Shown here: positions 45,201 through 61,700 of the stretch, piece by piece
How positions within the stretch are numbered: the first letter of the stretch is position 1
Layout of the letters: each line of letters starts with the position of its first letter
DNA from: Eledone cirrhosa
Taxonomy: Eukaryota
Length of the DNA: 64,000 nucleotides
Assembly (NCBI GenBank): GCA_964016885.1
Contig: OZ024742.1
Location: 373,364,001-373,428,000, forward strand
Direction of reading: 5' to 3'
The notes under the pieces: model-generated
The model's database searches: none
The model's input: the letters and a program-made list of their open reading frames with translations, nothing else
What the model was told of the DNA's origin: nothing
Position numbers and translations under genes: made by a program

Positions 45201-47020
45201 TTAGTCTGATAGTCCCACAAGTCACATACCTCTGATAGTCTTACAAGCCACATATTAGTATCATAGTCCCACAAGCCACATGCCTCTGATAGTCCCACAA
45301 GCCACATATTAGTCTGATAGTCCCACAAGTCACATACCTCTGATAGTCCCACAAGCCACATATTAGTCTGATAGTCCCACAAATCACATACCTTTGATAG
45401 TCCCACAAGCCACATATTAATCTGATAGTCCCACAAGCCACATACCTCTGATAGTCCCACAAGCCACATATTAGTCTGATAGTCCCACAAGCCACATACC
45501 TCTGATAGTCCCACAAGCCACATACCTCTGATAGTCCCACAAGCCACATACCTCTGATAGTCCCACAAGCCACATACCTCTGATAGTCCCACAAGTCACA
45601 TACCTTTGGTAGTCCTACAAGCAACATATTAATCTGATAGTCCCACAAACCACATATCTCTGATAGTCCCACACGCAACATATTAGTCTGATAGTCCCAC
45701 AAGCCACATACTTCTGATAGTCCCACAAGCCACATATTAGTCTGATAGTCCCACAAGCCACATACCTCTGATAGTCTCACAAGCCACATATTAGTCTGAT
45801 AGTCCCACAAGTCACATACCTCTGATAGTCCCACAAGTCACATACCTCTTATAGTCCCACAAACCACATACTTCTGATAGTCCCACAAGCCACATATTAG
45901 TCTGATAGTCCCACAAGTCACATACCTCTGATAGTCCCACAAACCACATATTAGTCTGATAGTTCCACAAGCGACATACCTCTGATAGTCCCACAAGCCA
46001 CATATTAGTCTGATAGTCCCACAGGTTGCATATCTCTGATAGTCCCACAAGCGACATACCTCTGATAGTCCCACAAGCCACATACCTCTGATAGTCCCAC
46101 AAGCCACATACCTCTGATAGTCTCACAAGCCACATACCTCTGATAGTCCCACTAGCCACATACCTCTGATAGTCCCACAAGCCACATACCTCTGATAGTC
46201 ACACAAGCCACATATTAGTCTGATAGTCCCACAAGTGACATACCTCTGATAGTCCCACAAACCACATATTAGTCTGATAGTTCCACAAGCCACATACCTC
46301 TGATAGTCCCACAAGCCACATACCTCTGATAGTCCCACAAGCCACATATTAGTCTGATAGTCCCACAAGCCACATACCTCTGATAGTCCCACAAGCCACA
46401 TACCTCTGATAGTCCCACAAGCCACATACCTCTGATAGTCCCACAAGCCACATACCTCTGATAGTCCCACAAGCCACATATTAGTCTGATAGTCCCACAA
46501 GTGACATACCTCTGATAGTCCCACAAACCACATATTAGTCTGATAGTTCCACAAGCCACGTACCTCTGATAGTCCCACAAGCCACATATTAGTCTGATAG
46601 TCCCACAGGTCACATATCTCTGATAGTCCCACAAGCCACATACCTCTGATAGTCCCACAAGCCACATACCTCTGATAGTCCCACAAGCCACATATTAGTC
46701 TGATAGTTCCACAGGCCACATACCTCTGATAGTCCCACAAGCCACATATTAGTCTGATAGTCCCACAAGCCACATATCTCTGATAGTCCCACAAGCCACA
46801 TATTAGTCTGATAGTCCCACAAGCGACATACCTCTGATAGTCCCACAAGCCACATACCTCTGATAGTCCCACATGTCACATACCTACGATAGTCCCACAA
46901 GCCACATATTAGTCTGATAGTCTTACAAGCCACATACCTCTGATAGTCCCACAAGTCATATACCTCTGATATTCCCACAAGCCACATATTACTCTGATAG
47001 TCCCACAAGCCACATATTAG
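42280..47020. repeat. Tandem duplication of a 2.3-2.45-kb unit (junction ~44575)
   Basis: The offset is 2294 (42285/44579, 42344/44638), then 2452 (42789/45241, 43360/45812, 43671/46123, 44158/46610). The 158-bp difference equals 5A+1B. Shared rare variants include CTCACATAGTCCAACATG, ATTAGTATCATAG and CAGGTTGCAT. Confidence 0.9.
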
Positions 47021-50000
47021 TCTGATAGTCCCACAAACCACATAGTTCTGATAGTCCCACAAGCCACATATAAGTATCATAGTCCCACAAGCCACATACT
47101 GCTGATAGTCCCACAAGCCACATATTGGTCTGATAGTCCCACAAGTCACATACCTCTGATAGTCCCATAAGCCACATATTAATCTGATAGTCCCACAAGC
47201 CACATACATCTGATAGTCCCACAAGCCACATACCTCTGATAGTCCCACAAACCACATATTAGTCTGATAGTTCCACAAGCCACATACCTCTGATAGTCCC
47301 ACAAGCCAGATAATTGTCTGATAGTCCCACAGGTCACATATCTCTGATAGTCCCACAAGCCACATACCTCTGATAGTCCCACAAGCCACATACCTCTGAT
47401 AGTCCCACAAGCCACATACCTCTGATAGTCTCACAAGCCACATACCTCTGATAGTCCCACTAGCCACATACCTCTGACAGTCCCACAAGCTACATACCCC
47501 TCATAGTCCCACAAGCCACATACCTCTCATAGTCCAACACGCCACATATTAGTTTGATAGTCCCACAAGCCACATACCTCTGATAGTCCCACAAACCACA
47601 TACCTCTGATAGTCCCACAAGCCACATACCTCTGATAGTCCCACAAACCACATATCTCTGATAGTCCCACAAGCCACATATTAATCTGATAGTCCATCAA
47701 GCCACATACCTCTGATAGTCCCACAAGCCACATACCTCTGATAGTCCCACAAGTCACATACCTCTGATAGTCCCACAAGTCACATACCTCTGATAGTCCC
47801 ACAAGCCACATACCTCTGATAGTACCACAAGCCACATACCTCTGATTGTCCCACAAGCCACATACCTCTGATAGTCCCACAAGGCACATACCTCTGATAG
47901 TCCCACAAGCCACATATTAGTCTGATAGTCCCACAAGCCACATACCTCTGATAGTCCCACAAGCCACATATTAGTCTGATAGTCCCACAAGTCACATACC
48001 TCTGATTGTCCCACAAGCCACATATTAGTCTGATAGTCCCACAAGTCCCATACCTCTGATAGTCTTACAAGCCACATATTAGTATGATAGTCCCACAAGC
48101 CACATGCCTCTGATAGTCCCACAAGCCACATATTAGTCTGATAGTCCCACAAGTCACATACCTCTGATAGTCCCACAAGCCACATATTAGTCTGATAGTC
48201 CCACAAATCACATACCTTTGATAGTCCCACAAGCCACATATTAATCTGATAGTCCCACAAGCCACATACCTCTGATAGTCCCACAAGCCACATATTAGTC
48301 TGATAGTCCCACAAGCCAAATACCTCTGATAGTCCCACAAGCCACATACCTCTGATAGTCCCACAAGCCACATATTAGTCTGATAGTCCCACAGGTCACA
48401 TATCTCTGATAGTCCCACAAGCGACATACCTCTGATAGTCCCACAAGCCACATACCTCTGATAGTCCCACAAGCCACATACCTCTGATAGTCTCACAAGC
48501 CACATACCTCTGATAGTCCCACTAGCCACATACCTCTGATAGTCCCACAAGCTACATACCTCTCATAGTCCAACACGCCACATATTAGTTTGATAGTCCC
48601 ACAAGCCACATACCTCTGATAGTCCCACAAACCACATACCTCTGATAGTCCCACAAGCCACATATTAGTCTGATAGTCCCACAAGTCACATACCTCTGAT
48701 AGTCCCATAAGCCACATATTAATCTGATAGTCCCACAAGCCACATACATCTGATAGTCCCACAAGCCACATACCTCTGATAGTCCCACAAACCACATATT
48801 AGTCTGATAGTTCCACAAGCCACATACCTCTGATAGTCCCACAAGCCAGATAATTGTCTGATAGTCCCACAGGTCACATATCTCTGATAGTCCCACAAGC
48901 CACATACCTCTGATAGTCCCACAAGCCACATACCTCTGATAGTCCCACAAGCCACATACCTCTGATAGTCTCACAAGCCACATACCTCTGATAGTCCCAC
49001 TAGCCACATACCTCTGACAGTCCCACAAGCTACATACCTCTCATAGTCCCACAAGCCACATACCTCACATAGTTCAACACGCCACATATTAGTTTGATAG
49101 TCCCACAAGCCACATACCTCTGATAGTCCCACAAACCACATACCTCTGATAGTCCCACAAGCCACATATTAGTCTGATAGTCCCACAGGTCACATACTTC
49201 TGATAGTCCCACAAACCACATATCTCTGATAGTCCCACAACCCACATATTAGTCTGATAGTCCATCAAGCCACATACCTCTGATAGTCCCACAAGCCACA
49301 TACCTCTGATAGTCCCACAAGTCACATACCTCTGATAGTCCCACAAGTCACATACCTCTGATAGTCCCACAAGCCACATACCTCTGATAGTACCACAAGC
49401 CACATACCTCTGATTGTCCCACAAGCCACATACCTCTGATAGTCCCACAAGGCACATACCTCTGATAGTCCCACAAGCCACATATTAGTCTGATAGTCCC
49501 ACAAGCCACATACCTCTGATAGTCCCACAAGCCACATATTAGTCTGATAGTCCCACAAGTCACATACCTCTGATTGTCCCACAAGCCACATATTAGTCTG
49601 ATAGTCCCACAAGTCACATACCTCTGATAGTCTTACAAGCCACATATTAGTATGATAGTCCCACAAGCCACATGCCTCTGATAGTCCCACAAGCCACATA
49701 TTAGTCTGATAGTCCCACAAGTCACATACCTCTGATAGTCCCACAAGCCACATATTAGTCTGATAGTCCCACAAATCACATACCTTTGATAGTCCCACAA
49801 GCCACATATTAATCTGATAGTCCCACAAGCCACATACCTCTGATAGTCCCACAAGCCACATATTAGTCTGATAGTCCCACAAGCCACATACCTCTGATAG
49901 TCCCACAAGCCACATACCTCTGATAGTCCCACAAGCCACATACCTCTGATAGTCCCACAAGCCACATACCTCTGATAGTCCCACAAGTCACATACCTTTG

Positions 50001-53000
50001 GTAGTCCTACAAGCAACATATTAATCTGATAGTCCCACAAACCACATATCTCTGATAGTCCCACACGCAACATATTAGTCTGATAGTCCCACAAGCCACA
50101 TACTTCTGATAGTCCCACAAGCCACATATTAGTCTGATAGTCCCACAAGCCACATACCTCTGATAGTCTCACAAGCCACATATTAGTCTGATAGTCCCAC
50201 AAGTCACATACCTCTGATAGTCCCACAAGTCACATACCTCTTATAGTCCCACAAACCACATACTTCTGATAGTCCCACAAGCCACATATTAGTCTGATAG
50301 TCCCACAAGCCACATACCTCTGATAGTCCCACAAACCACATATTAGTCTGATAGTTCCACAAGCCACATACCTCTGATAGTTCCACAAGCCAGATAATTG
50401 TCTGATAGTCCCACAGGTCACATATCTCTGATAGTCCCACAAGCCACATACCTCTGATAGTCCCACAAGCCACATACCTCTGATAGTCCCACAAGCCACA
50501 TACCTCTGATAGTCTCACAAGCCACATACCTCTGATAGTCCCACTAGCCACATACCTCTGACAGTCCCACAAGCTACATACCCCTCATAGTCCCACAAGC
50601 CACATACCTCTCATAGTCCAACACGCCACATATTAGTTTGATAGTCCCACAAGCCACATACCTCTGATAGTCCCACAAACCACATACCTCTGATAGTCCC
50701 ACAAGCCACATATTAGTCTGATAGTCCCACAGGTCACATACTTCTGATAGTCCCACAAACCACATATCTCTGATAGTCCCACAAGCCACATATTAATCTG
50801 ATAGTCCATCAAGCCACATACCTCTGATAGTCCCACAAGCCACATACCTCTGATAGTCCCACAAGTCACATACCTCTGATAGTCCCACAAGTCACATACC
50901 TCTGATAGTCCCACAAGCCACATACCTCTGATAGTACCACAAGCCACATACCTCTGATTGTCCCACAAGCCACATACCTCTGATAGTCCCACAAGCCACA
51001 TATTAGTCTGATAGTCCCACAAGTCACATACTTCTGATTGTCCCACAAGCCACATATTAGTCTGATAGTCCCACAAGTCCCATACCTCTGATAGTCTTAC
51101 AAGCCACATATTAGTATGATAGTCCCACAAGCCACATGCCTCTGATAGTCCCACAAGCCACATATTAGTCTGATAGTCCCACAAGTCACATACCTCTGAT
51201 AGTCCCACAAGCCACATATTAGTCTGATAGTCCCACAAATCACATACCTTTGATAGTCCCACAAGCCACATATTAATCTGATAGTCCCACAAGCCACATA
51301 CCTCTGATAGTCCCACAAGCCACATATTAGTCTGATAGTCCCACAAGCCAAATACCTCTGATAGTCCCACAAGCCACATACCTCTGATAGTCCCACAAGC
51401 CACATATTAGTCTGATAGTCCCACAGGTCACATATCTCTGATAGTCCCACAAGCGACATACCTCTGATAGTCCCACAAGCCACATACCTCTGATAGTCCC
51501 ACAAGCCACATACCTCTGATAGTCTCACAAGCCACATACCTCTGATAGTCCCACTAGCCACATACCTCTGATAGTCCCACAAGCTACATACCTCTCATAG
51601 TCCAACACGCCACATATTAGTTTGATAGTCCCACAAGCCACATACCTCTGATAGTCCCACAAACCACATACCTCTGATAGTCCCACAAGCCGCATATTAG
51701 TCTGATAGTCCCACAGGTCACATACCTCTGATAGTCCCACAAACCACATACCTCTGATAGTCCCACAAGCCACATATTAGTCTGATAGTCCCACAAGTCA
51801 CATACCTCTGATAGTCCCATAAGCCACATATTAATCTGATAGTCCCACAAGCCACATACATCTGATAGTCCCACAAGCCACATACCTCTGATAGTCCCAC
51901 AAACCACATATTAGTCTGATAGTTCCACAAGCCACATACCTCTGATAGTCCCACAAGCCAGATAATTGTCTGATAGTCCCACAGGTCACATATCTCTGAT
52001 AGTCCCACAAGCCACATACCTCTGATAGTCCCACAAGCCACAAACCTCTAATAGTCCCACAAGCCACATACCTCTGATAATCTCACAAGCCACATACCTC
52101 TGATAGTCCCACTAGCCACATACCTCTGACAGTCCCACAAGCTACATACCCCTCATAGTCCCACAAGCCACATACCTCTCATAGTCCAACACGCCACATA
52201 TTAGTTTGATAGTCCCACAAGCCACATACCTCTGATAGTCCCACAAACCACATACCTCTGATAGTCCCACAAGCCACATATTAGTCTGATAGTCCCACAG
52301 GTCACATATTAATCTGATAGTCCATCAAGCCACATACCTCTGATAGTCCCACAAGCCACATACCTCTGATAGTCCCACAAACCACATATCTCTGATAGTC
52401 CCACAAGCCACATATTAATCTGATAGTCCCACAAGCCACATACCTCTGATAGTCCCACAAGCCACATATTAGTCTGATAGTCCCACAAGCCAAATACCTC
52501 TGATAGTCCCACAAGCCACATACCTCTGATAGTCCCGCAAGCCACATATTAGTCTGATAGTCCCACAAGTGACATACCTCTGATAGTCCCACAAACCACA
52601 TATTAGTCTGATAGTTCCACAAGCCACGTACCTCTGATAGTCCCACAAGCCACATATTAGTCTGATAGTCCCACAGGTCACATATCTCTGATAGTCCCAC
52701 AAGCCACATACCTCTGATAGTCCCACAAGCCACATACCTCTGATAGTCCCACAAGCCACATATTAGTCTGATAGTTCCACAGGCCACATACCTCTGATAG
52801 TCCCACAAGCCACATATTAGTCTGATAGTCCCACAAGCCACATATCTCTGATAGTCCCACAAGCCACATATTAGTCTGATAGTCCCACAAGCGACATACC
52901 TCTGATAGTCCCACAAGCCACATACCTCTGATAGTCCCACATGTCACATACCTACGATAGTCCCACAAGCCACATATTAGTCTGATAGTCTTACAAGCCA

Positions 53001-56000
53001 CATACCTCTGATAGTCCCACAAGTCATATACCTCTGATATTCCCACAAGCCACATATTAGTCTGATAGTCCCACAAGCCACATATTAGTCTGATAGTCCC
53101 ACAAACCACATAGTTCTGATAGTCCCACAAGCCACATATAAGTATCATAGTCCCACAAGCCACATACTGCTGATAGTCCCACAAGCCACATATTGATCTG
53201 ATAGTCCCACAAGTCACATACCTCTGATAGTCCCATAAGCCACATATTAATCTGATAGTCCCACAAGCCACATACATCTGATAGTCCCACAAGCCACATA
53301 CCTCTGATAGTCCCACAAACCACATATTAGTCTGATAGTTCCACAAGCCACATACCTCTGATAGTCCCACAAGCCAGATAATTGTCTGATAGTCCCACAG
53401 GTCACATATCTCTGATAGTCCCACAAGCCACATACCTCTGATAGTCCCACAAGCCACATACCTCTGATAGTCCCACAAGCCACATACCTCTGATAGTCTC
53501 ACAAGCCACATACCTCTGATAGTCCCACTAGCCACATACCTCTGACAGTCCCACAAGCTACATACCCCTCATAGTCCCACAAGCCACATACCTCTCATAG
53601 TCCAACACGCCACATATTAGTTTGATAGTCCCACAAGCCACATACCTCTGATAGTCCCACAAACCACATACCTCTGATAGTCCCACAAGCCACATACCTC
53701 TGATAGTCCCACAAACCACATATCTCTGATAGTCCCACAAGCCACATATTAATCTGATAGTCCATCAAGCCACATACCTCTGATAGTCCCACAAGCCACA
53801 TACCTCTGATAGTCCCACAAGTCACATACCTCTGATAGTCCCACAAGTCACATACCTCTGATAGTCCCACAAGCCACATACCTCTGATAGTACCACAAGC
53901 CACATACCTCTGATTGTCCCACAAGCCACATACCTCTGATAGTCCCACAAGGCACATACCTCTGATAGTCCCACAAGCCACATATTAGTCTGATAGTCCC
54001 ACAAGCCACATACCTCTGATAGTCCCACAAGCCACATATTAGTCTGATAGTCCCACAAGTCACATACCTCTGATTGTCCCACAAGCCACATATTAGTCTG
54101 ATAGTCCCACAAGTCCCATACCTCTGATAGTCTTACAAGCCACATATTAGTATGATAGTCCCACAAGCCACATGCCTCTGATAGTCCCACAAGCCACATA
54201 TTAGTCTGATAGTCCCACAAGTAACATACCTCTGATAGTCCCACAAGCCACATATTAGTCTGATAGTCCCACAAATCACATACCTTTGATAGTCCCACAA
54301 GCCACATATTAATCTGATAGTCCCACAAGCCACATACCTCTGATAGTCCCACAAGCCACATATTAGTCTGATAGTCCCACAAGCCAAATACCTCTGATAG
54401 TCCCACAAGCCACATACCTCTGATAGTCCCACAAGCCACATATTAGTCTGATAGTCCCACAGGTCACATATCTCTGATAGTCCCACAAGCGACATACCTC
54501 TGATAGTCCCACAAGCCACATACCTCTGATAGTCCCACAAGCCACATACCTCTGATAGTCTCACAAGCCACATACCTCTGATAGTCCCACTAGCCACATA
54601 CCTCTGATAGTCCCACAAGCTACATACCTCTCATAGTCCAACACGCCACATATTAGTTTGATAGTCCCACAAGCCACATACCTCTGATAGTCCCACAAAC
54701 CACATACCTCTGATAGTCCCACAAGCCACATATTAGTCTGATAGTCCCACAAGTCACATACCTCTGATAGTCCCATAAGCCACATATTAATCTGATAGTC
54801 CCACAAGCCACATACATCTGATAGTCCCACAAGCCACATACCTCTGATAGTCCCACAAACCACATATTAGTCTGATAGTTCCACAAGCCACATACCTCTG
54901 ATAGTCCCACAAGCCAGATAATTGTCTGATAGTCCCACAGGTCACATATCTCTGATAGTCCCACAAGCCACATACCTCTGATAGTCCCACAAGCCACATA
55001 CCTCTGATAGTCCCACAAGCCACATACCTCTGATAGTCTCACAAGCCACATACCTCTGATAGTCCCACTAGCCACATACCTCTGACAGTCCCACAAGCTA
55101 CATACCTCTCATAGTCCCACAAGCCACATACCTCACATAGTTCAACACGCCACATATTAGTTTGATAGTCCCACAAGCCACATACCTCTGATAGTCCCAC
55201 AAACCACATACCTCTGATAGTCCCACAAGCCACATATTAGTCTGATAGTCCCACAGGTCACATACTTCTGATAGTCCCACAAACCACATATCTCTGATAG
55301 TCCCACAACCCACATATTAGTCTGATAGTCCATCAAGCCACATACCTCTGATAGTCCCACAAGCCACATACCTCTGATAGTCCCACAAGTCACATACCTC
55401 TGATAGTCCCACAAGTCACATACCTCTGATAGTCCCACAAGCCACATACCTCTGATAGTACCACAAGCCACATACCTCTGATTGTCCCACAAGCCACATA
55501 CCTCTGATAGTCCCACAAGGCACATACCTCTGATAGTCCCACAAGCCACATATTAGTCTGATAGTCCCACAAGCCACATACCTCTGATAGTCCCACAAGC
55601 CACATATTAGTCTGATAGTCCCACAAGTCACATACCTCTGATTGTCCCACAAGCCACATATTAGTCTGATAGTCCCACAAGTCACATACCTCTGATAGTC
55701 TTACAAGCCACATATTAGTATGATAGTCCCACAAGCCACATGCCTCTGATAGTCCCACAAGCCACATATTAGTCTGATAGTCCCACAAGTCACATACCTC
55801 TGATAGTCCCACAAGCCACATATTAGTCTGATAGTCCCACAAATCACATACCTTTGATAGTCCCACAAGCCACATATTAATCTGATAGTCCCACAAGCCA
55901 CATACCTCTGATAGTCCCACAAGCCACATATTAGTCTGATAGTCCCACAAGCCACATACCTCTGATAGTCCCACAAGCCACATACCTCTGATAGTCCCAC

Positions 56001-58715
56001 AAGCCACATACCTCTGATAGTCCCACAAGCCACATACCTCTGATAGTCCCACAAGTCACATACCTTTGGTAGTCCTACAAGCAACATATTAATCTGATAG
56101 TCCCACAAACCACATATCTCTGATAGTCCCACACGCAACATATTAGTCTGATAGTCCCACAAGCCACATACTTCTGATAGTCCCACAAGCCACATATTAG
56201 TCTGATAGTCCCACAAGCCACATACCTCTGATAGTCTCACAAGCCACATATTAGTCTGATAGTCCCACAAGTCACATACCTCTGATAGTCCCACAAGTCA
56301 CATACCTCTTATAGTCCCACAAACCACATACTTCTGATAGTCCCACAAGCCACATATTAGTCTGATAGTCCCACAAGCCACATACCTCTGATAGTCCCAC
56401 AAACCACATATTAGTCTGATAGTTCCACAAGCCACATACCTCTGATAGTTCCACAAGCCAGATAATTGTCTGATAGTCCCACAGGTCACATATCTCTGAT
56501 AGTCCCACAAGCCACATACCTCTGATAGTCCCACAAGCCACATACCTCTGATAGTCCCACAAGCCACATACCTCTGATAGTCTCACAAGCCACATACCTC
56601 TGATAGTCCCACTAGCCACATACCTCTGACAGTCCCACAAGCTACATACCCCTCATAGTCCCACAAGCCACATACCTCTCATAGTCCAACACGCCACATA
56701 TTAGTTTGATAGTCCCACAAGCCACATACCTCTGATAGTCCCACAAACCACATACCTCTGATAGTCCCACAAGCCACATATTAGTCTGATAGTCCCACAG
56801 GTCACATACTTCTGATAGTCCCACAAACCACATATCTCTGATAGTCCCACAAGCCACATATTAATCTGATAGTCCATCAAGCCACATACCTCTGATAGTC
56901 CCACAAGCCACATACCTCTGATAGTCCCACAAGTCACATACCTCTGATAGTCCCACAAGTCACATACCTCTGATAGTCCCACAAGCCACATACCTCTGAT
57001 AGTACCACAAGCCACATACCTCTGATTGTCCCACAAGCCACATACCTCTGATAGTCCCACAAGGCACATACCTCTGATAGTCCCACAAGCCACATATTAG
57101 TCTGATAGTCCCACAAGCCACATACCTCTGATAGTCCCACAAGCCACATATTAGTCTGATAGTCCCACAAGTCACATACTTCTGATTGTCCCACAAGCCA
57201 CATATTAGTCTGATAGTCCCACAAGTCCCATACCTCTGATAGTCTTACAAGCCACATATTAGTATGATAGTCCCACAAGCCACATGCCTCTGATAGTCCC
57301 ACAAGCCACATATTAGTCTGATAGTCCCACAAGTCACATACCTCTGATAGTCCCACAAGCCACATATTAGTCTGATAGTCCCACAAATCACATACCTTTG
57401 ATAGTCCCACAAGCCACATATTAATCTGATAGTCCCACAAGCCACATACCTCTGATAGTCCCACAAGCCACATATTAGTCTGATAGTCCCACAAGCCAAA
57501 TACCTCTGATAGTCCCACAAGCCACATACCTCTGATAGTCCCACAAGCCACATATTAGTCTGATAGTCCCACAGGTCACATATCTCTGATAGTCCCACAA
57601 GCGACATACCTCTGATAGTCCCACAAGCCACATACCTCTGATAGTCCCACAAGCCACATACCTCTGATAGTCTCACAAGCCACATACCTCTGATAGTCCC
57701 ACTAGCCACATACCTCTGATAGTCCCACAAGCTACATACCTCTCATAGTCCAACACGCCACATATTAGTTTGATAGTCCCACAAGCCACATACCTCTGAT
57801 AGTCCCACAAACCACATACCTCTGATAGTCCCACAAGCCGCATATTAGTCTGATAGTCCCACAGGTCACATACCTCTGATAGTCCCACAAACCACATACC
57901 TCTGATAGTCCCACAAGCCACATATTAGTCTGATAGTCCCACAAGTCACATACCTCTGATAGTCCCATAAGCCACATATTAATCTGATAGTCCCACAAGC
58001 CACATACATCTGATAGTCCCACAAGCCACATACCTCTGATAGTCCCACAAACCACATATTAGTCTGATAGTTCCACAAGCCACATACCTCTGATAGTCCC
58101 ACAAGCCAGATAATTGTCTGATAGTCCCACAGGTCACATATCTCTGATAGTCCCACAAGCCACATACCTCTGATAGTCCCACAAGCCACATACCTCTAAT
58201 AGTCCCACAAGCCACATACCTCTGATAGTCTCACAAGCCACATACCTCTGATAGTCCCACTAGCCACATACCTCTGACAGTCCCACAAGCTACATACCCC
58301 TCATAGTCCCACAAGCCACATACCTCTCATAGTCCAGCACGCCACATATTAGTTTGATAGTCCCACAAGCCACATACCTCTGATAGTCCCACAAACCACA
58401 TACCTCTGATAGTCCCACAAGCCACATATTAGTCTGATAGTCCCACAGGTCACATATTAATCTGATAGTCCATCAAGCCACATACCTCTGATAGTCCCAC
58501 AAGCCACATACCTCTGATAGTCCCACAAACCACATATCTCTGATAGTCCCACAAGCCACATATTAATCTGATAGTCCCACAAGCCACATACCTCTGATAG
58601 TCCCACAAGCCACATATTAGTCTGATAGTCCCACAAGCCAAATACCTCTGATAGTCCCACAAGCCACATACCTCTGATAGTCCCACAAGCCACATTTTAG
58701 TCTGATAGTCCCACA
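46430..58715. repeat. Tandem duplication of an ~6.07/6.15-kb higher-order block (junction ~52500-52560)
   Basis: The offset is 6068 (46610/52678, 47490/53558, 49030/55098, 50574/56642), then 6148 (51097/57245, 51525/57673, 52302/58450). The change follows an 80-bp (2A+1B) difference near 50990. Confidence 0.93.
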
Positions 58716-61700
58716 GGTCACATATCTCTGATAGTCCCACAAGCGACATACCTCTGATAGTCCCACAAGCCACATACCTCTGATAGTCCCACAAGCCACA
58801 TACCTCTGATAGTCTCACAAGCCACATACCTCTGATAGTCCCACTAGCCACATACCTCTGATAGTCCCACAAGCTACATACCTCTCATAGTCCAACACGC
58901 CACATATTAGTTTGATAGTCCCACAAGCCACATACCTCTGATAGTCCCACAAACCACATACCTCTGATAGTCCCACAAGCCGCATATTAGTCTGATAGTC
59001 CCACAGGTCACATACCTCTGATAGTCCCACAAACCACATACCTCTGATAGTCCCACAAGCCACATATTAGTCTGATAGTCCCACAAGTCACATACCTCTG
59101 ATAGTCCCATAAGCCACATATTAATCTGATAGTCCCACAAGCCACATACATCTGATAGTCCCACAAGCCACATACCTCTGATAGTCCCACAAACCACATA
59201 TTAGTCTGATAGTTCCACAAGCCACATACCTCTGATAGTCCCACAAGCCAGATAATTGTCTGATAGTCCCACAGGTCACATATCTCTGATAGTCCCACAA
59301 GCCACATACCTCTGATAGTCCCACAAGCCACATACCTCTAATAGTCCCACAAGCCACATACCTCTGATAGTCTCACAAGCCACATACCTCTGATAGTCAC
59401 ACTAGCCACATACCTCTGACAGTCCCACAAGCTACATACCCCTCATAGTCCCACAAGCCACATACCTCTCATAGTCCAACACGCCACATATTAGTTTGAT
59501 AGTCCCACAAGCCACATACCTCTGATAGTCCCACAAACCACATACCTCTGATAGTCCCACAAGCCACATATTAGTCTGATAGTCTAACAGGTCACATATT
59601 AATCTGATAGTCCATCAAGCCACATACCTCTGATAGTCCCACAAGCCACATACCTCTGATAGTCCCACAAACCACATATCTCTGATAGTCCCACAAGCCA
59701 CATATTAATCTGATAGTCCCACAAGCCACATACCTCTGATAGTCCCACAAGCCACATATTAGTCTGATAGTCCCACAAGCCAAATACCTCTGATAGTCCC
59801 ACAAGCCACATACCTCTGATAGTCCCACAAGCCACATATTAGTCTGATAGTCCCACAGGTCACATATCTCTGATAGTCCCACAAGCGACATACCTCTGAT
59901 AGTCCCACAAGCCACATACCTCTGATAGTCCCACAAGCCACATACCTCTGATAGTCTCACAAGCCACATACCTCTGATAGTCCCACTAGCCACATACCTC
60001 TGATAGTCCCACAAGCTACATACCTCTCATAGTCCAACACGCCACATATTAGTTTGATAGTCCCACAAGCCACATACCTCTGATAGTCCCACAAACCACA
60101 TACCTCTGATAGTCCCACAAGCCGCATATTAGTCTGATAGTCCCACAGGTCACATACCTCTGATAGTCCCACAAACCACATACCTCTGATAGTCCCACAA
60201 GCCACATATTAGTCTGATAGTCCCACAAGTCACATACCTCTGATAGTCCCATAAGCCACATATTAATCTGATAGTCCCACAAGCCACATACATCTGATAG
60301 TCCCACAAGCCACATACCTCTGATAGTCCCACAAACCACATATTAGTCTGATAGTTCCACAAGCCACATACCTCTGATAGTCCCACAAGCCAGATAATTG
60401 TCTGATAGTCCCACAGGTCACATATCTCTGATAGTCCCACAAGCCACATACCTCTGATAGTCCCACAAGCCACATACCTCTAATAGTCCCACAAGCCACA
60501 TACCTCTGATAGTCTCACAAGCCACATACCTCTGATAGTCCCACTAGCCACATACCTCTGACAGTCCCACAAGCTACATACCCCTCATAGTCCCACAAGC
60601 CACATACCTCTCATAGTCCAACACGCCACATATTAGTTTGATAGTCCCACAAGCCACATACCTCTGATAGTCCCACAAACCACATACCTCTGATAGTCCC
60701 ACAAGCCGCATATTAGTCTGATAGTCCCACAGGTCACATACCTCTGATAGTCCCACAAACCACATACCTCTGATAGTCCCACAAGCCACATATTAGTCTG
60801 ATAGTCCCACAAGTCACATACCTCTGATAGTCCCATAAGCCACATATTAATCTGATAGTCCCACAAGCCACATACATCTGATAGTCCCACAAGCCACATA
60901 CCTCTGATAGTCCCACAAACCACATATTAGTCTGATAGTTCCACAAGCCACATACCTCTGATAGTCCCACAAGCCAGATAATTGTCTGATAGTCCCACAG
61001 GTCACATATCTCTGATAGTCCCACAAGCCACATACCTCTGATAGTCCCACAAGCCACATACCTCTAATAGTCCCACAAGCCACATACCTCTGATAGTCTC
61101 ACAAGCCACATACCTCTGATAGTCCCACTAGCCACATACCTCTGACAGTCCCACAAGCTACATACCCCTCATAGTCCCACAAGCCACATACCTCTCATAG
61201 TCCAACACGCCACATATTAGTTTGATAGTCCCACAAGCCACATACCTCTGATAGTCCCACAAACCACATACCTCTGATAGTCCCACAAGCCACATATTAG
61301 TCTGATAGTCCCACAGGTCACATATTAATCTGATAGTCCATCAAGCCACATACCTCTGATAGTCCCACAAGCCACATACCTCTGATAGTCCCACAAACCA
61401 CATATCTCTGATAGTCCCACAAGCCACATATTAATCTGATAGTCCCACAAGCCACATACCTCTGATAGTCCCACAAGCCACATATTAGTCTGATAGTCCC
61501 ACAAGCCAAATACCTCTGATAGTCCCACAAGCCACATACCTCTGATAGTCCCACAAGCCACATATTAGTCTGATAGTCCCACAGGTCACATATCTCTGAT
61601 AGTCCCACAAGCGACATACCTCTGATAGTCCCACAAGCCACATACCTCTGATAGTCCCACAAGCCACATACCTCTGATAGTCTCACAAGCCACATACCTC

